64,000 bases of DNA, taken from assembly GCA_002269645.1 (NCBI GenBank), contig NIVC01000202.1, forward strand, positions 248,001-312,000. Reading direction: 5' to 3'. The notes under the pieces are model-generated. The model saw only the letters and a program-made list of their open reading frames with translations, had not been told where the DNA came from and did no database searches. A program made the position numbers and the translations under genes. This document shows, in pieces, positions 37,491 to 49,900 of this stretch; position 1 is the stretch's first letter; every line of letters begins with the position of its first letter. Source of the DNA: Macrostomum lignano. Its lineage: Eukaryota.

Positions 37491-38530
37491 GGACATAAAG
37501 CGGGAGAGAGGCTGGGAGAGATGGTGAGACAGTGTGAGGGAGAGGGTGAGAGGGAGGCTGGGAGAGATGGTGAGACAGTGTGAGGGAGAGGGTGAGAGGG
37601 AGGCTGGGAGAGATGGTGAGACAGTGTGAGGGAAAGGGTGAGAGAGAGGCTGGGAGAGATGGTGAGACAGTGTGAGGGAGAGGGTGAGAGGGAGGCTGGG
37701 AGAGATGGTGAGACAGTGTGAGGGAGAGGGTGAGAGGGAGGCTGGGAGAGATGGTGAGACAGTGTGAGGGAGAGGGTGAGAGGGAGGCTGGGAGAGATGG
37801 TGAGACAGTGTGAGGGAGAGGGTGAGAGGGAGGCTGGGAGAGATGGTGAGACAGTGTGAGGGAGAGGGTGAGAGGGAGGCTGGGAGAGATGGTGAGACAG
37901 TGTGAGGGAAAGGGTGAGAGAGAGGCTGGGAGAGATGGTGAGACAGTGTGAGGGAGAGGGTGAAAGGGAGGCTGGGAGAGATGGTGAGACAGTGTGAAGG
38001 AAAGGGTGAGAGAGAGGCTGGGAGAGATGGTGAGACAGTGTGAGGGAGAGGGTGAGAGGGAGGCTGGGAGAGATGGTGAGACAGTGTGAGGGAGAGGTGA
38101 GAGAGAGGCTGGGAGAGATGGTGAGACAGTGTGAGGGAGAGGGTGAAAGGGAGGCTGGGAGAGATGGTGAGACAGTGTGAAGGAAAGGGTGAGAGAGAGG
38201 CTGGGAGAGATGGTGAGACAGTGTGAGGGAGAGGGTGAGAGGGAGGCTGGGAGAGATGGTGAGACAGTGTGAGGGAAAGGGTGAGAGAGAGGCTGGGAGA
38301 GATGGTGAGACAGTGTGAGGGAGAGGGTGAGAGGGAGGCTGGGAGAGATGGTGAGACAGTGAGAGGGAAAGGGTGAGAGAGAGGCTGGAAGAGATGGTGA
38401 GACAGTGTGAGGGCAAGGGTGAGAGAGAGGCTGGGAGAGATGGTGAGACAGTGTGAGGGAAAGGGTGAGAGGGAGGCTGGGAGAGATGGTGAGACAGTGT
38501 GAGGAAAAGGGTGAGAGGGAGACTGGGAGA
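37418..38530. repeat. (GA)n microsatellite followed by a 46-bp purine-rich minisatellite (GGGAGGCTGGGAGAGATGGTGAGACAGTGTGAGGGAGAGGGTGAGA)
   Basis: Direct reading. GAGATGG recurs with a 46-bp period. Confidence 0.96.
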
Positions 38531-40395
38531 GTAGCTGGGCAGTCTCCTAAGCCGAGCCGAGTATTGAGGCAGTCACTATAGCTAACAGCAATGTCAGCCA
38601 GAGTTAGGGACAGTCACTTACAGCACAATACGAGTGGATGAGGCGGAGCTCACGCTTGTGGTTAGAAACTTTTTACTGAATACAATTGAAACTGTAAACA
38701 TATTTGTCTTCAACAAGAAGGACTCAATAAAATATTACAATCGCAGATTCGTCTGTCTTGGTAAATTCGTAATTCTGTTGGTTTTAAATGACATAAAAAT
38801 ACAAATAAAATGGTTTCTCTTCACCTATTGAAGTTATAGATAGCAAAATAATGAAAGATGGAAGCAGCCCAGGCAGTGCACTGGCGCCATGCAGACTGGC
38901 CAGTTTATGCTCTTCGGGTTGTAAATTTGAAAATAAATTTATGCTTCAACCTTGGCCAACTGTAGGCATTGCAGTCTTCGTATTGCTTGGCGCGCTGAAT
39001 TCGAAATGAAAATTGTTTCTTTTAGTTGCTTAATTGCTGCATTGCCAAAGAGCTGGCTGGAAAGTTGGTTGAGGAACAGAGAGAAGACAGAGAAAAGGAG
39101 AAAGAGCGAGATTGATGAAGGGAGCTGAGATCTTTGGCACCTACTCGTAAGAAGATCAGTTTAAATCAAAATGACTCAAAATTTGAGGTCTTGATAACAA
39201 TATTAATTAAATAGGGATTTTTGGAGGCAACTCTGCTGACTACTGAGCCCTCATGGCTGTGAATGGCACAGCGAATTAACCCCAAATGAATTGATTCTAT
39301 ATTGATTATATTGATTAAAGAAACTTATCATTATACTTACAGTTAGTGGAAGCCGAAGTTGAAGATGAAAACCTTGCTGATCTGTTGCGGAGTTGATGAA
39401 GTTGCTCAGTTGTTTCAGCAAGGTCTGGCATAATCACAGACGGGCAAAGTTGCCGGCTTTGAATTTATTAACTGCTTGGCCTGGAAGTGAAGCCGGCGGA
39501 CCAATTCCAGGATTGGTCCGGCTGGACAGCCAATGGCAGACATTTTCGAATCTACGACTCGTAGAGTTGATAAATTATGAGAGATATTGGCGGGGAAGCA
39601 ACTATCAGATCTCGGGCTCGGCCGAAACTTTTTAGAAGCCATAAAATTATGAAAACTTGAAAGTCATAAAACAAAGACTACTTCAGTAGAAGGACGGGAA
39701 ACTGCGTTTTAAGCAGGTTTTTTATCTGAGGCTTAAAGTTCTTTGTTTAGAAAATTAGTAATCTTATGCTTATCTTTTCACTCATAAGGGAAATAAGATA
39801 AGCAAGATAAGATTAAGATTTTTCACTGCAATAATTCGATAGAGCTGCACCAAAGACAAGTCATACATGTATCAAATAATGAGCAGTGGTCTTTGTCTTT
39901 GTTGAGTAGTCCTTGTTATAAAATCTCTTAAGCTCTTAAAATGAAAAGCACCAAACTTTCGAAAAACCAGAAACCTAATTAAACCAGAAAATTTCACAAA
40001 CCGAAGATTCCAAAACCCCAAAGTTCAGAAAACCAGGTGATCGGCTTTAAAAAATCTGAATTTCAGAAACCGAAAACACAAGCGTGTTGCTAACCAAGCT
40101 GAAGTACCTGGTAAGGATGCAGTCATAGAGAGTCTGTGCAGAGCGAAAGTGACGATAAAGTTTGTAAAATGGTAACCTAAAAGAGAGAAGGGCAGAGGGG
40201 CAGATCTTCGGTTGCAGGAGGAGAGGTGGCTGGGGACCGCAGCTGGTGTGTTGCATTCAAGCCGAGGCCCCATTGACATGTTCAATGAAGCGAAGCGTCC
40301 ATCACCGGACGCGCGCCTGCTCGGACTGTGGGAACTGCTGAGCCTCGAGCTGCCTGTGGGATCAGGCGAAGCAACGTTTCTGGATCCCGGAACCC

Positions 40396-40711
<316 letters not shown>

Positions 40712-41561
40712 GCAGGTTTGAGGTGATCAGTTCCGTGTCCGCCAATGATAATCCCAACCTGATATCGAACGCCTCCCAGCGGAGCCGTAGGCAATCTGCT
40801 CTCCCTGGAAGTCATCAGGAAACATTATTTCATGCTTTTGAAGAAATTAGATGTTCAGAAGATTTTTTGCTTTAAAGCCGCCCAGCGATGAGTCACGCAT
40901 TGATGAAGTGATCAGCCGAGGCTCAGCTGCCAGACGGAAGCTGGCACGCAAAGATTAAAAAATTTCCCCTTTTTTAAGCCATTGACAAAGCCAAGAAAGA
41001 AAGCTGAACTGATGAATTTTCCGTGAAAGATTAAAAGAAGAAGAAGCAGGCAGAAGCAGAAAAGCTCAGAGAGAAAAAAACAACAAATTATCTCTGGGAG
41101 ACTTCGGGCGATTCGTGCGCAATTTTCAATGTCCTCATGTTTCTTAGAATTCAATGCCGCTTGGGGATTCGGTTGGGCTGGGGGATGTTAATCAAAGCCC
41201 CAGTTCAGTCGATTGCGTGTCTTTAGCGATTGGGGAAATTTGGGAAGAATTTCCCGGTTGAGATTTTCATTATCGAATGTTTTCCTGGTTTTTTCTGCGA
41301 CCCCAACCGATTACTGTATTTAAATTACGTAGAGTATAGTTTAAGCGGTCTACTGACAGTAGGAAGTTTGAATAGTGTCAGCAAAATCTGCTTGGCTCGC
41401 TTCAATTTATTTTCACGAACTACGAGGGCAATACTATTAAGGAATTATACTGTACGGGTGAAGATGAGATGATAATTAACATAAGTGAGCATTGGTACAG
41501 TGGTTATTTCACAGCGGACAAAATGTACATTAATGGATAATGGATAATTTGCTTGAAGATT

Positions 41562-41893
41562 AGTCAGTCAGTCAGTCAGTCAGTCAGTCAGTCAGTCAGT
41601 CAGTCATTCACCCACTCACTCAAGTCAGTCAGTCAGTCAGTCAGTCAGTCAGTCAGTCAGTCAGTCAGTCAGTCATTCACCCACTCACTCAAGTCAGTCA
41701 GTCAGTCAGTCAGTCAGTCAGTCAGTCAGTCAGTCAGTCAGTCAGTCAGTCAGTCAGTCAGTCAGTCAGTCAGTCAGTCAGTCAGTCAGTCAGTCAGTCA
41801 GTCAGTCAGTCAGTCAGTCAGTCAGTCAGTCAGTCAGTCAGTCAGTCAGTCAGTCAGTCAGTCAGTCAGTCAGTCAGTCAGTCAGTCAGTCAG
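41562..41893. repeat. (GTCA)n microsatellite with two TTCACCCACTCACTCAA interruptions
   Basis: Direct reading. Confidence 0.98.
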
Positions 41894-43052
41894 TAAAAGT
41901 CCGCAGCCGTGCCATCATCCATAGGGTTGGCATCGAAGTCCAGTCGGTCGAAGGCCTCCACAGTGGACTGTGGCGGCGAGCCGAAGTCTTCGTACTCGTT
42001 GCGGGCTTGCTCTCGGGCCAACTCGATCTGAGAGAAGCCGTCTTCCTGACTGGCTGCGTCTGAAAAAGGATCAGATTCAAAAAAATAAATTCTTAGAATC
42101 GCACATTCTTTCTTAGAATGGAAAGCTAAAATAGAAGGGTCTTGGAATAGGAGATTTTTGGAACCGGAAGTTCTTAAAATGACACTTTTTACAAAAGTAT
42201 CTTAGAATGGGAGATTCTTAGAATGGAAGATTCTTAGAATGGGAGATTCTTAGAATGGGAGATTCTTAGAATGGGAGATTCTTAGAATGGGAGATTCTTA
42301 GAATGGGAGATTCTTAGAATGGGAGATTCTTAGAATGGGAGATTCTTAGAATGGGAGATTCTTAGAATGGGAGATTCTTAGAATGGGAGATTCTTAGAAT
42401 GGGAGATTCTTAGAATGGGAGATTCTTAAAGTTGTTTCCTAGAAAATGTGACTCCGAAATTGAAGATTCCTATTAAAGTTAACAATAAAGAGGTTAATTC
42501 CTACAGGTAGATACCAGTATTTGAGTTGTATATGAGATTTCGCAGGAGAGACTGAGAGATTCTTTTTAGTGATTCTTTCTGAGAATGATTCTTTCTTAGA
42601 ATGGACAATGACCAATACACGATGAAGAAAGACGGGAGACTCTGTGGATTGAGGATGTGCAATGGACGATTTTGAAATCAAGCATGCAGTTATATTTCAA
42701 AATTTCATTCCGCATGACTGCACGAAATGAAGCTGTACTGTCTGACTTGTCAGGCAGTCGATAGCTGACCTCTCAGGCACGCGGCGGCGAAGTCTCCGCT
42801 GCCCTTGCAGCTGCTGGCAGCGGCCGAGGCCGAAGTCGGCGGCGCCAGGAGGCTCGGTCCGTTGGACGAGACGCTGGGCATCGGCGACTGCGGCCGCAGC
42901 TGCCGGCCGCCTTCCTCGACATTCGCAGCGCCGCTCCACACGGCGAACAGGCGAGTGGGGATTTTCTTCAGCGAATCCGACCGCGACCGGCGACGATGTT
43001 CGTCGATTCTCCGACAATTTGAGGAAGAAAATTTCGACCCGGTGCAGCCCAT
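41890..43052 (-). CDS. Hypothetical ~150-aa low-complexity protein with an N-terminal MGCxxSK acylation motif; exons 43052-42770 and 42059-41890
   Basis: Two GC-rich islands. MGCTGSK...ACLR G|gtcag joins ttttcag|AC in phase 1, giving DAASQEDGFSQIELAREQARNEYEDFGSPPQSTVEAFDRLDFDANPMDDGTAADFY*. The donor is weak and I recognise no domain. Confidence 0.55.
42205..42430. repeat. 16-bp minisatellite (TTCTTAGAATGGGAGA), in the putative intron
   Basis: Direct reading. Confidence 0.93.
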
Positions 43053-43514
43053 CCGGTGAGGGCGCTCTGCAGGGCCACCGACTGTGTGGGTTGGGATAAG
43101 TTTTTTTCAGTTTCACCTGTTGGATTAGACTTTCAACTTTTGCCTACAGTCACTCCTTCCATGTATTTCTATACCATTGGCCTAAGCCAGCTAAATATGC
43201 TGTGGCTGCACCCATGCAGCAGTGCATTCACCCGCGTACACTACGGGGTGGAAAGAGAGCGGGTGAAGTATAGAGTGGAAGCAACAGAAGCCTCAATCGA
43301 TTGCTAGCTTTGGGAATTCAATCGATTGCTTTGAAACAAAAAATTATAATGGCCTGGAGACGAGGCCTGGCACTGCTGAGCTCCGACTCACACGTGCAAC
43401 GGGAATTGGATAGTGGCGCTGCTGGCCCAACAACAAAAAAGTTTTTTATAAAATGCAATTTTTATTATTTACAGTAGCGTGTTGAACGATTCCAGGGAAT
43501 GAAAGATTTTAGGA

Positions 43515-44340
43515 GATGGGTAATTCTAGGAAATGGGTAGTTCTAGGAAATGGGTAATTCTAGGAAACGGGTAATTCTAGGAAATGGGTAATTCTAGGAA
43601 ACGGGTAATTCTAGGAAACGGGTAATTCTAGGAAATGGGTAATTCTAGGAAATGGGTAATTCTAGGAAATGGGTAATTCTAGGAAATGGGTAATTCTAGG
43701 AAATGGGTAATTCTAGGAAATGGGTAATTCTAGGAAATGGGTAATTCTAGGAAATGGGTAATTCTAGGAAATGGGTAATTCTAGGAAATGGGTAATTCTA
43801 GGAAATGGGTAATTCTAGGAAATGGGTAATTCTAGGAAATGGGTAATTCTAGGAAATGGGTAATTCTAGGAAATGGGTAATTCTAGGAAATGGGTAATTC
43901 CAGGAAACAAGTGGTTATAGGATAGGGACGATTCTAGGAAATACCCGATTCTAGGGAACGGGCGATTCTAAGAAAATTATTGATTCTAGGAAACGGTGGT
44001 TCCAGAAAACAGGTGATTCTAGGAAACATGTGATTCTAGGAAACGGGTGATTCTAGCAAACGGGTGATTCTAGGAAACGTGTGATTCTAGGAAACGGGTG
44101 ATTCTAGGAAATGGGCATTTCTAGAAAATGGAACTATTGAGGGATTCTAAGAATAAGATAATTCTAGGAACTCAGCAATTCCAGGATATAGGAGATTCTA
44201 TATATAGATGATTCTTATAATAGGAAAGTATTATTCTAGGACTGTCTGATTCTATAAATGGGCGATTCGAATGGTGAGTAATTCTAGGAGTCTACACGTA
44301 GGCAAGTTTGACTCTAGAAATTGGCGGTTCTATAAGAATA
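43515..44340. repeat. 17-bp minisatellite (GGGTAATTCTAGGAAAT), homogeneous to ~43900, then decaying
   Basis: Direct reading. Confidence 0.92.
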
Positions 44341-44517
44341 TTTGCTGTTCTTCTAGTGAGTCTTTCAAAGAATCGATGTTTCCTTGGACCTGTGAAGGGC
44401 TATAAGGGGGAAAAACTAGGCTGCCTACTCATAGTAGGAAAAACAAGTGCCAACTTATAAATAATTCGTTAGCGCACGAATAAATTCTCTTTATCAAATC
44501 TAATTTAGATCGACAAA

Positions 44518-45310
44518 ATGTCATCAGGGGCGCCAAATAGACACCAGTGGCGCCAAATAGTCATCAGGGGCGCCAAATAGACACCAGTGGCGCCAAATAG
44601 TCATCAGGGGTGCCAAATAGTCATCAAGGGCATCAAATAGTCATGAGGGGCGCCAAGTAGACACCAGTACAGTGGCGCCAAATAGTCATCAGGGGCGCCA
44701 AATAGTCATCAGGGGCGCCAAATAGACACCAGTGGCGCCAAATAGTCATCAGGGGCGCCTAATAGTCACCAGTGGCGCCAAATAGTCACCAAGGGCGCCA
44801 AATAGTCATCAGTGGCGCCAAATAGTCATCAGGGCGCCAAATAGACACCAGTGGCGCCAAATAGTCATCAGGGGTGCCAAATAGTCATCAAGGGCATCAA
44901 ATAGTCATGAGGGGCGCCAAGTAGACACCAGTACAGTGGCGCCAAATAGTCATCAGGGGCGCCAAATAGTCATCAGGGGCGCCAAATAGACACCAGTGGC
45001 GCGAAATAGTCATCAGGGGCGCCTAATAGTCACCAGTGGCGCCAAATAGTCATCAAGGGCGCAAAATAGTCATCAGGGGCGCCAAATAGACACCAGTACA
45101 GTGGCGCCAAATAGTCATCAGGGGCGCCAAATAGTCATCAGGGGCGCCAAATAGACACCAGTGGCGCCAAATAAACCTCAAGGGGCGCCAGACACACCTC
45201 AGGGCGCCAGACAGACCTCAAGGGGCGCCAGACACACCTCAGGGTGCCAGACAGACCTCAGGGCGCCAGACAGACCTCAAGGGGCGCCAGAGAGACCTCA
45301 GGTCACTAAG
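44518..45310. repeat. ~20-bp minisatellite (TCATCAGGGGCGCCAAATAG and variants)
   Basis: Direct reading, with an internal block duplication. Confidence 0.92.
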
Positions 45311-46024
45311 CAGACCTCAGGACTCCAAGTTGTGCGCTCTGTTTCCAAATCAAAGATGCGCCAGTTTCATTCAATGAAACTGGGAATTTATCTCAATTTC
45401 TCATTTCTCCTAAGCCGAATTCCCACTATCAGTTAACCTTAGCTCCGCCTCTGTGTGTCTCACTTGTGAAAGGGATTATCAAAGCTATAGGAGGAACAGA
45501 CAGGGATTATAGAGATGAGCCTTCTCAACTCGCGACTCTCAACTCACAGCACACCCTATGCCTACTCAGCTGACTGAACTCAGCGATTAAGCTAGCGGCA
45601 AGTTTATCTATATATTATATAAACTGCTGCTAACTTTCTCCTCCATTTGAGCTTCATCAATACTCTCGCTTGACTTGCATTGTGCATATTGCTAATCTAG
45701 AATCTTCTGCTGTTCAAGAATCTGACAGACAGGAAATCCCGGGCACCAATCACTCCTCTATCAGTCATTGATCCATCCAGCAATTCATTTCTAATACATT
45801 GGAGGTTTCCAGATCCCGAAGGACTGATCTATCATGCCGTATCATGCTTCATTATTGTCAGGGAGGTCGGGCCAGGGCATCCTTGGATTATGAAGTTGCG
45901 GGGGGGGGGGGCTGGGAGTATTCAATTTTGTTTGTCGATCTTTGCATCGGCCGATGCAAACCGCTAGCGATTGACAGATGGTGTGAGAGACAGCTGCTGG
46001 GGTTTCTATTGCTGTAGACTCGGC

Positions 46025-46310
46025 TTGTGGCGCCAACTACAGATGAGCTATAAGAGCTTGTGGCGCCAACTTAGATAAGCTATTAACAACTTCAGATGGG
46101 TTATAGGGGCTTGTGGCGCCAATTTCAGATCATCTATGAGGCTTGTGGCGCCAATTTCAGATGAGCTGAGGCTTGTGGCGCCAATTTCAGATGGATTATA
46201 GGGGCTTGTGGCGCCAACTTTAGATGATGAGCTAAGGTCTTGTGGCGCCAACTTCAGATAAGGTGTAGAAGCGCCGACTAAGGAACTCTGGGGATTGTGG
46301 CGCTAACTGA
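46025..46310. repeat. Degenerate tandem of GCTTGTGGCGCCAAYTTCAGAT-like units
   Basis: About 8 recurrences of TTGTGGCGC. Confidence 0.75.
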
Positions 46311-46919
46311 AACCTGACTTCAAGAGTTATTGCGCCGTCAAAAGGATGGCCTATATACCTAAATGACTGAATAAGTTGGAAAGAGTAGTGCTTCGAGGCT
46401 CACTGAATGACAAAATTTAATGAACCTGCTAAAGCATCCTCCATGCATCAGCATTACAGTTCACCACTTCCCTATTTCCGGGCACCCCTAAGAAACGTTG
46501 CAACACGCTATAGTTAACAAGGTCCGTTAGCAGCCATGAGTGGCCGCTCAACAGGGAAGCGGTTTCCTTAAGCCTCGAGAAAAAAACCAGACATCAGTTG
46601 TTGCTGATATCACGCCTGTAGCCTCTAACTGGCTTATGGTTTCTTTCATCTAGCAATTTCGCAAGCATCAAAAGCAGTTCACAATAATGCAAAACAGTTT
46701 AATTGCGGAGTCAGGCTCAGCCAATGAGAGACGCCTGATTGTCGCCAGTGCCAGCTGAACTGCTCATTGGCCGCAGCCTCACCCGCCACCTCATCTCCTC
46801 CCCTCTGCCAACCCGTCTATTTAATTTGAAGTTTGACAAATTAAATTTCTCAGTGAAGCATCTATCGAACGGTGGATTTGATTTCTGTGGATATTATCAA
46901 GGACACGCTGATCTCCATC

Positions 46920-49900
46920 ATGGCCAGTTACAGACAGCAGCGGCGGCAGGCGGAATTTCTTCTGTCCGGGATGGACCGCCCGATCTCCGACGGCGACCCC
47001 GACGACACGGCCGAGCCGTCGTCAAGCCTGAGCGACGCGGGACCTGGTGAGTCATGGCTGCGATTGGGAACTGGGAAAAGTGACAAACATCTGAAGCGGA
47101 TCGCATAAAGAACTTCAAACATGATGACAGTCGTAATTGCACGATCGAAATAAAGATACAGCCTGCAATCCATGACCCATTGCTTTTACAAGCAGAGCGC
47201 AGATCCTGCAGTGCCCCAGCCTGCGCACTGACTCCTCCCATTAGTCTTCGGTCGGAGTGTTTTTATTGATTTTTTATCCTGCATGCATAGTCGGTTCGGT
47301 TTATAAGCTCGTGGGAGCGGCCTGCCTGTCAGCTGTGTTTGGTCACCGCTGCCTCCATCTGGTCTCGGAATACATCGAGCTTTGAGCACAATATTATCAC
47401 CCCCCATAATGCCCAGGCCATCCAGTTGTCACTGATTTCTATAAGACAGGTACAGACAGACATTGTGGGGGTTTGCATGGGGTATCAATAAAATTCTTGT
47501 CCTTGACGTTGAAAGATCTCAAAGATTGAAGAGTGAGGAGCAGGGGACAATTTTATGATACTTGTATACACTGAGCTCTCCTGCACGCTTGTCGGTTCCT
47601 TCCGGTGTTTTGGCAGCCAGGTTCCATGAGTTCCATGTGGGCGGATAGGCAGAAGGGCAACTGGTCACACAAATAATGCCCGGCAATTTACAGCTATCTA
47701 TCTGCTCCGCACTGATAGGGATTCGAGATATGATATCGACGCAACTCTTCGAAAGGCCGGGGAAGCATGCACTCTTTTGTGCAGAGCTTCAATTCCCCAG
47801 AGGGCATCCACAATTGACTCTGGCAAGGTGGCGCAACAATAGTCTCAACATTGGAGCACTTCCTCTCTCACCTTGCACAGCTCTGGGCCTATCAAACAAT
47901 CACTGCTATCACCTTTAGGGAGAAAAGAGAGAGAGGAGGGGGAAGGGAAGTCGAAAATTGCTTGCTAAACGGTAAAACAATTGAGCTTGTTTGTGAGTGT
48001 TATCTGGTCCATCGGTGTGTTTATAGCAGTTGTATATGTTGCAGTATGTGTATGTAAGAGCTGTGTGCCCTACAGGTCTTGCAATGTGCTTGTAATATGT
48101 CAGGCTGATTGTGCCATTTTCCAGAGAAATCCGACAGATTAACGTTTTCAGTTTAAAATTGTCTTTAAGTATAGAACAATTGCAGAAAGGCGAAGGGACA
48201 CCTGACTGTTTGAACTCCACTAACCTGGGACTTCCTGAACCAACTGACTCTTCCTGAACCCCACCCACCCTTCCTGAACCCCACCCACCCTTCCTGAACC
48301 CCACCCACCCTTCCTGAACCCCACCCACTCTTCCTGAACCCCACCCACCCTTCCTGAACCCCACCCACCCTTCCTGAACCAACTGACTCTTCCTGAACCC
48401 CACCCACCCTTCCTGAACCCCACCCACCCTTCCTGAACCCCACCCACCCTTCCTGAACCAACTGACTCTTCCTGAACCCCACCCACCCTTCCTGAACCCC
48501 ACTCACCCTTCCTGAATCCCACCCACCCTTCCTGAATCCCACCCTTCCTGAACCCCACCCACCCTACCTGAACCCCAACCACCCTTCCTGAACCCCACTC
48601 ACCCTTCCTGAACTCCACCCACCCTTCTTGAATCCCACCCACCCTACCTGAACCCCACCCACCCTTCCTGAACCCCACCCACCCTTCCTGAACCCCACCC
48701 ACCCTTCCTGAACCTCACTCATCATTCCTAAACCCCAATCGAGACTTCCTGAACCCCAATCGCCACTTACTGAACCCCACCACCCATCTTGAACCCACTG
48801 ACCCTTTCTGAACCCCACAACCCTTTCTGAACCCACTGACCCTTCCTGAACCCCGCTCACATTCCTGAGCCCCAATCGCCACTTCCTAAAAATCAGTGAA
48901 TTTTTCTGAGCTCATCCTTGATTTTCTTGAACAAAAAGAGACAGCACATAATTTTCTGCAACTTGCTTAACCAACCGTTTCACTTGCAGACCAGGCCAGC
49001 GGCTGCTCCTCGCCGACTAACGACTTTAGCGACGGCATCATGGGCGTCGGCGTCGGCAGCGGAGCAGGCGGTTCAATGAGTCACCAGTCCTCTGGTGGCC
49101 TCGGCGGCGCGGCCGATGACCCAAACCTCAAGCGGTACCGCACAGCCTTCAGCCGGGAGCAGCTGGACCGCCTGGAGAAAGAGTACCGGCGCGAGTCGTA
49201 CGTGTCCAGGCCGAGACGGTGCGAGCTGGCCACCCAGCTCGGGCTGCCTGAGAGCACCATCAAGGTGTGGTTCCAGAATCGCCGGATGAAGGACAAGCGG
49301 CAGCGGATAGCGCAGAGCTGGCCGTACAACTTGGCTGGTGAGTGAGAGCAGAATCTAACCCACAGACGCATTTCTAATCTAATCTAATCCACAGACACAT
49401 TTTTAATCTAATCTAATCCACAGACACATTTTTAATCTAATCTAACCCACAGACACATTTCTAATCTAATCTAATCCACAGACACATTTCTAATCTCATC
49501 TAACCTACAGACACATTTCTAATCTAATCTAATCCACAGACACATTTCTAATCTCATCTAACCCACAGACACATTTTTAATCTAATCTAACCCACAGACA
49601 CATTTCTAATCTAATCTAACCTACAGACACATTTCTAATCTAATCTAATCCACAGACACATTTCTAATCTCATCTAACCCACAGACACATTTTTAATCTA
49701 ATCTAACCCACAGACACATTTCTAATCTAATCTAACCTACAGACACATTTCTAATCTAATCTACAGACACATTTCTAATCTAATCTAACCCACAGACACA
49801 TTTCTAATCTAATCTACAGACACATTTCTAATCTAATCTAACCCACAGACACATTTCTAATCTAATCTACAGACACATTTCTAATCTAATCTAACCCACA

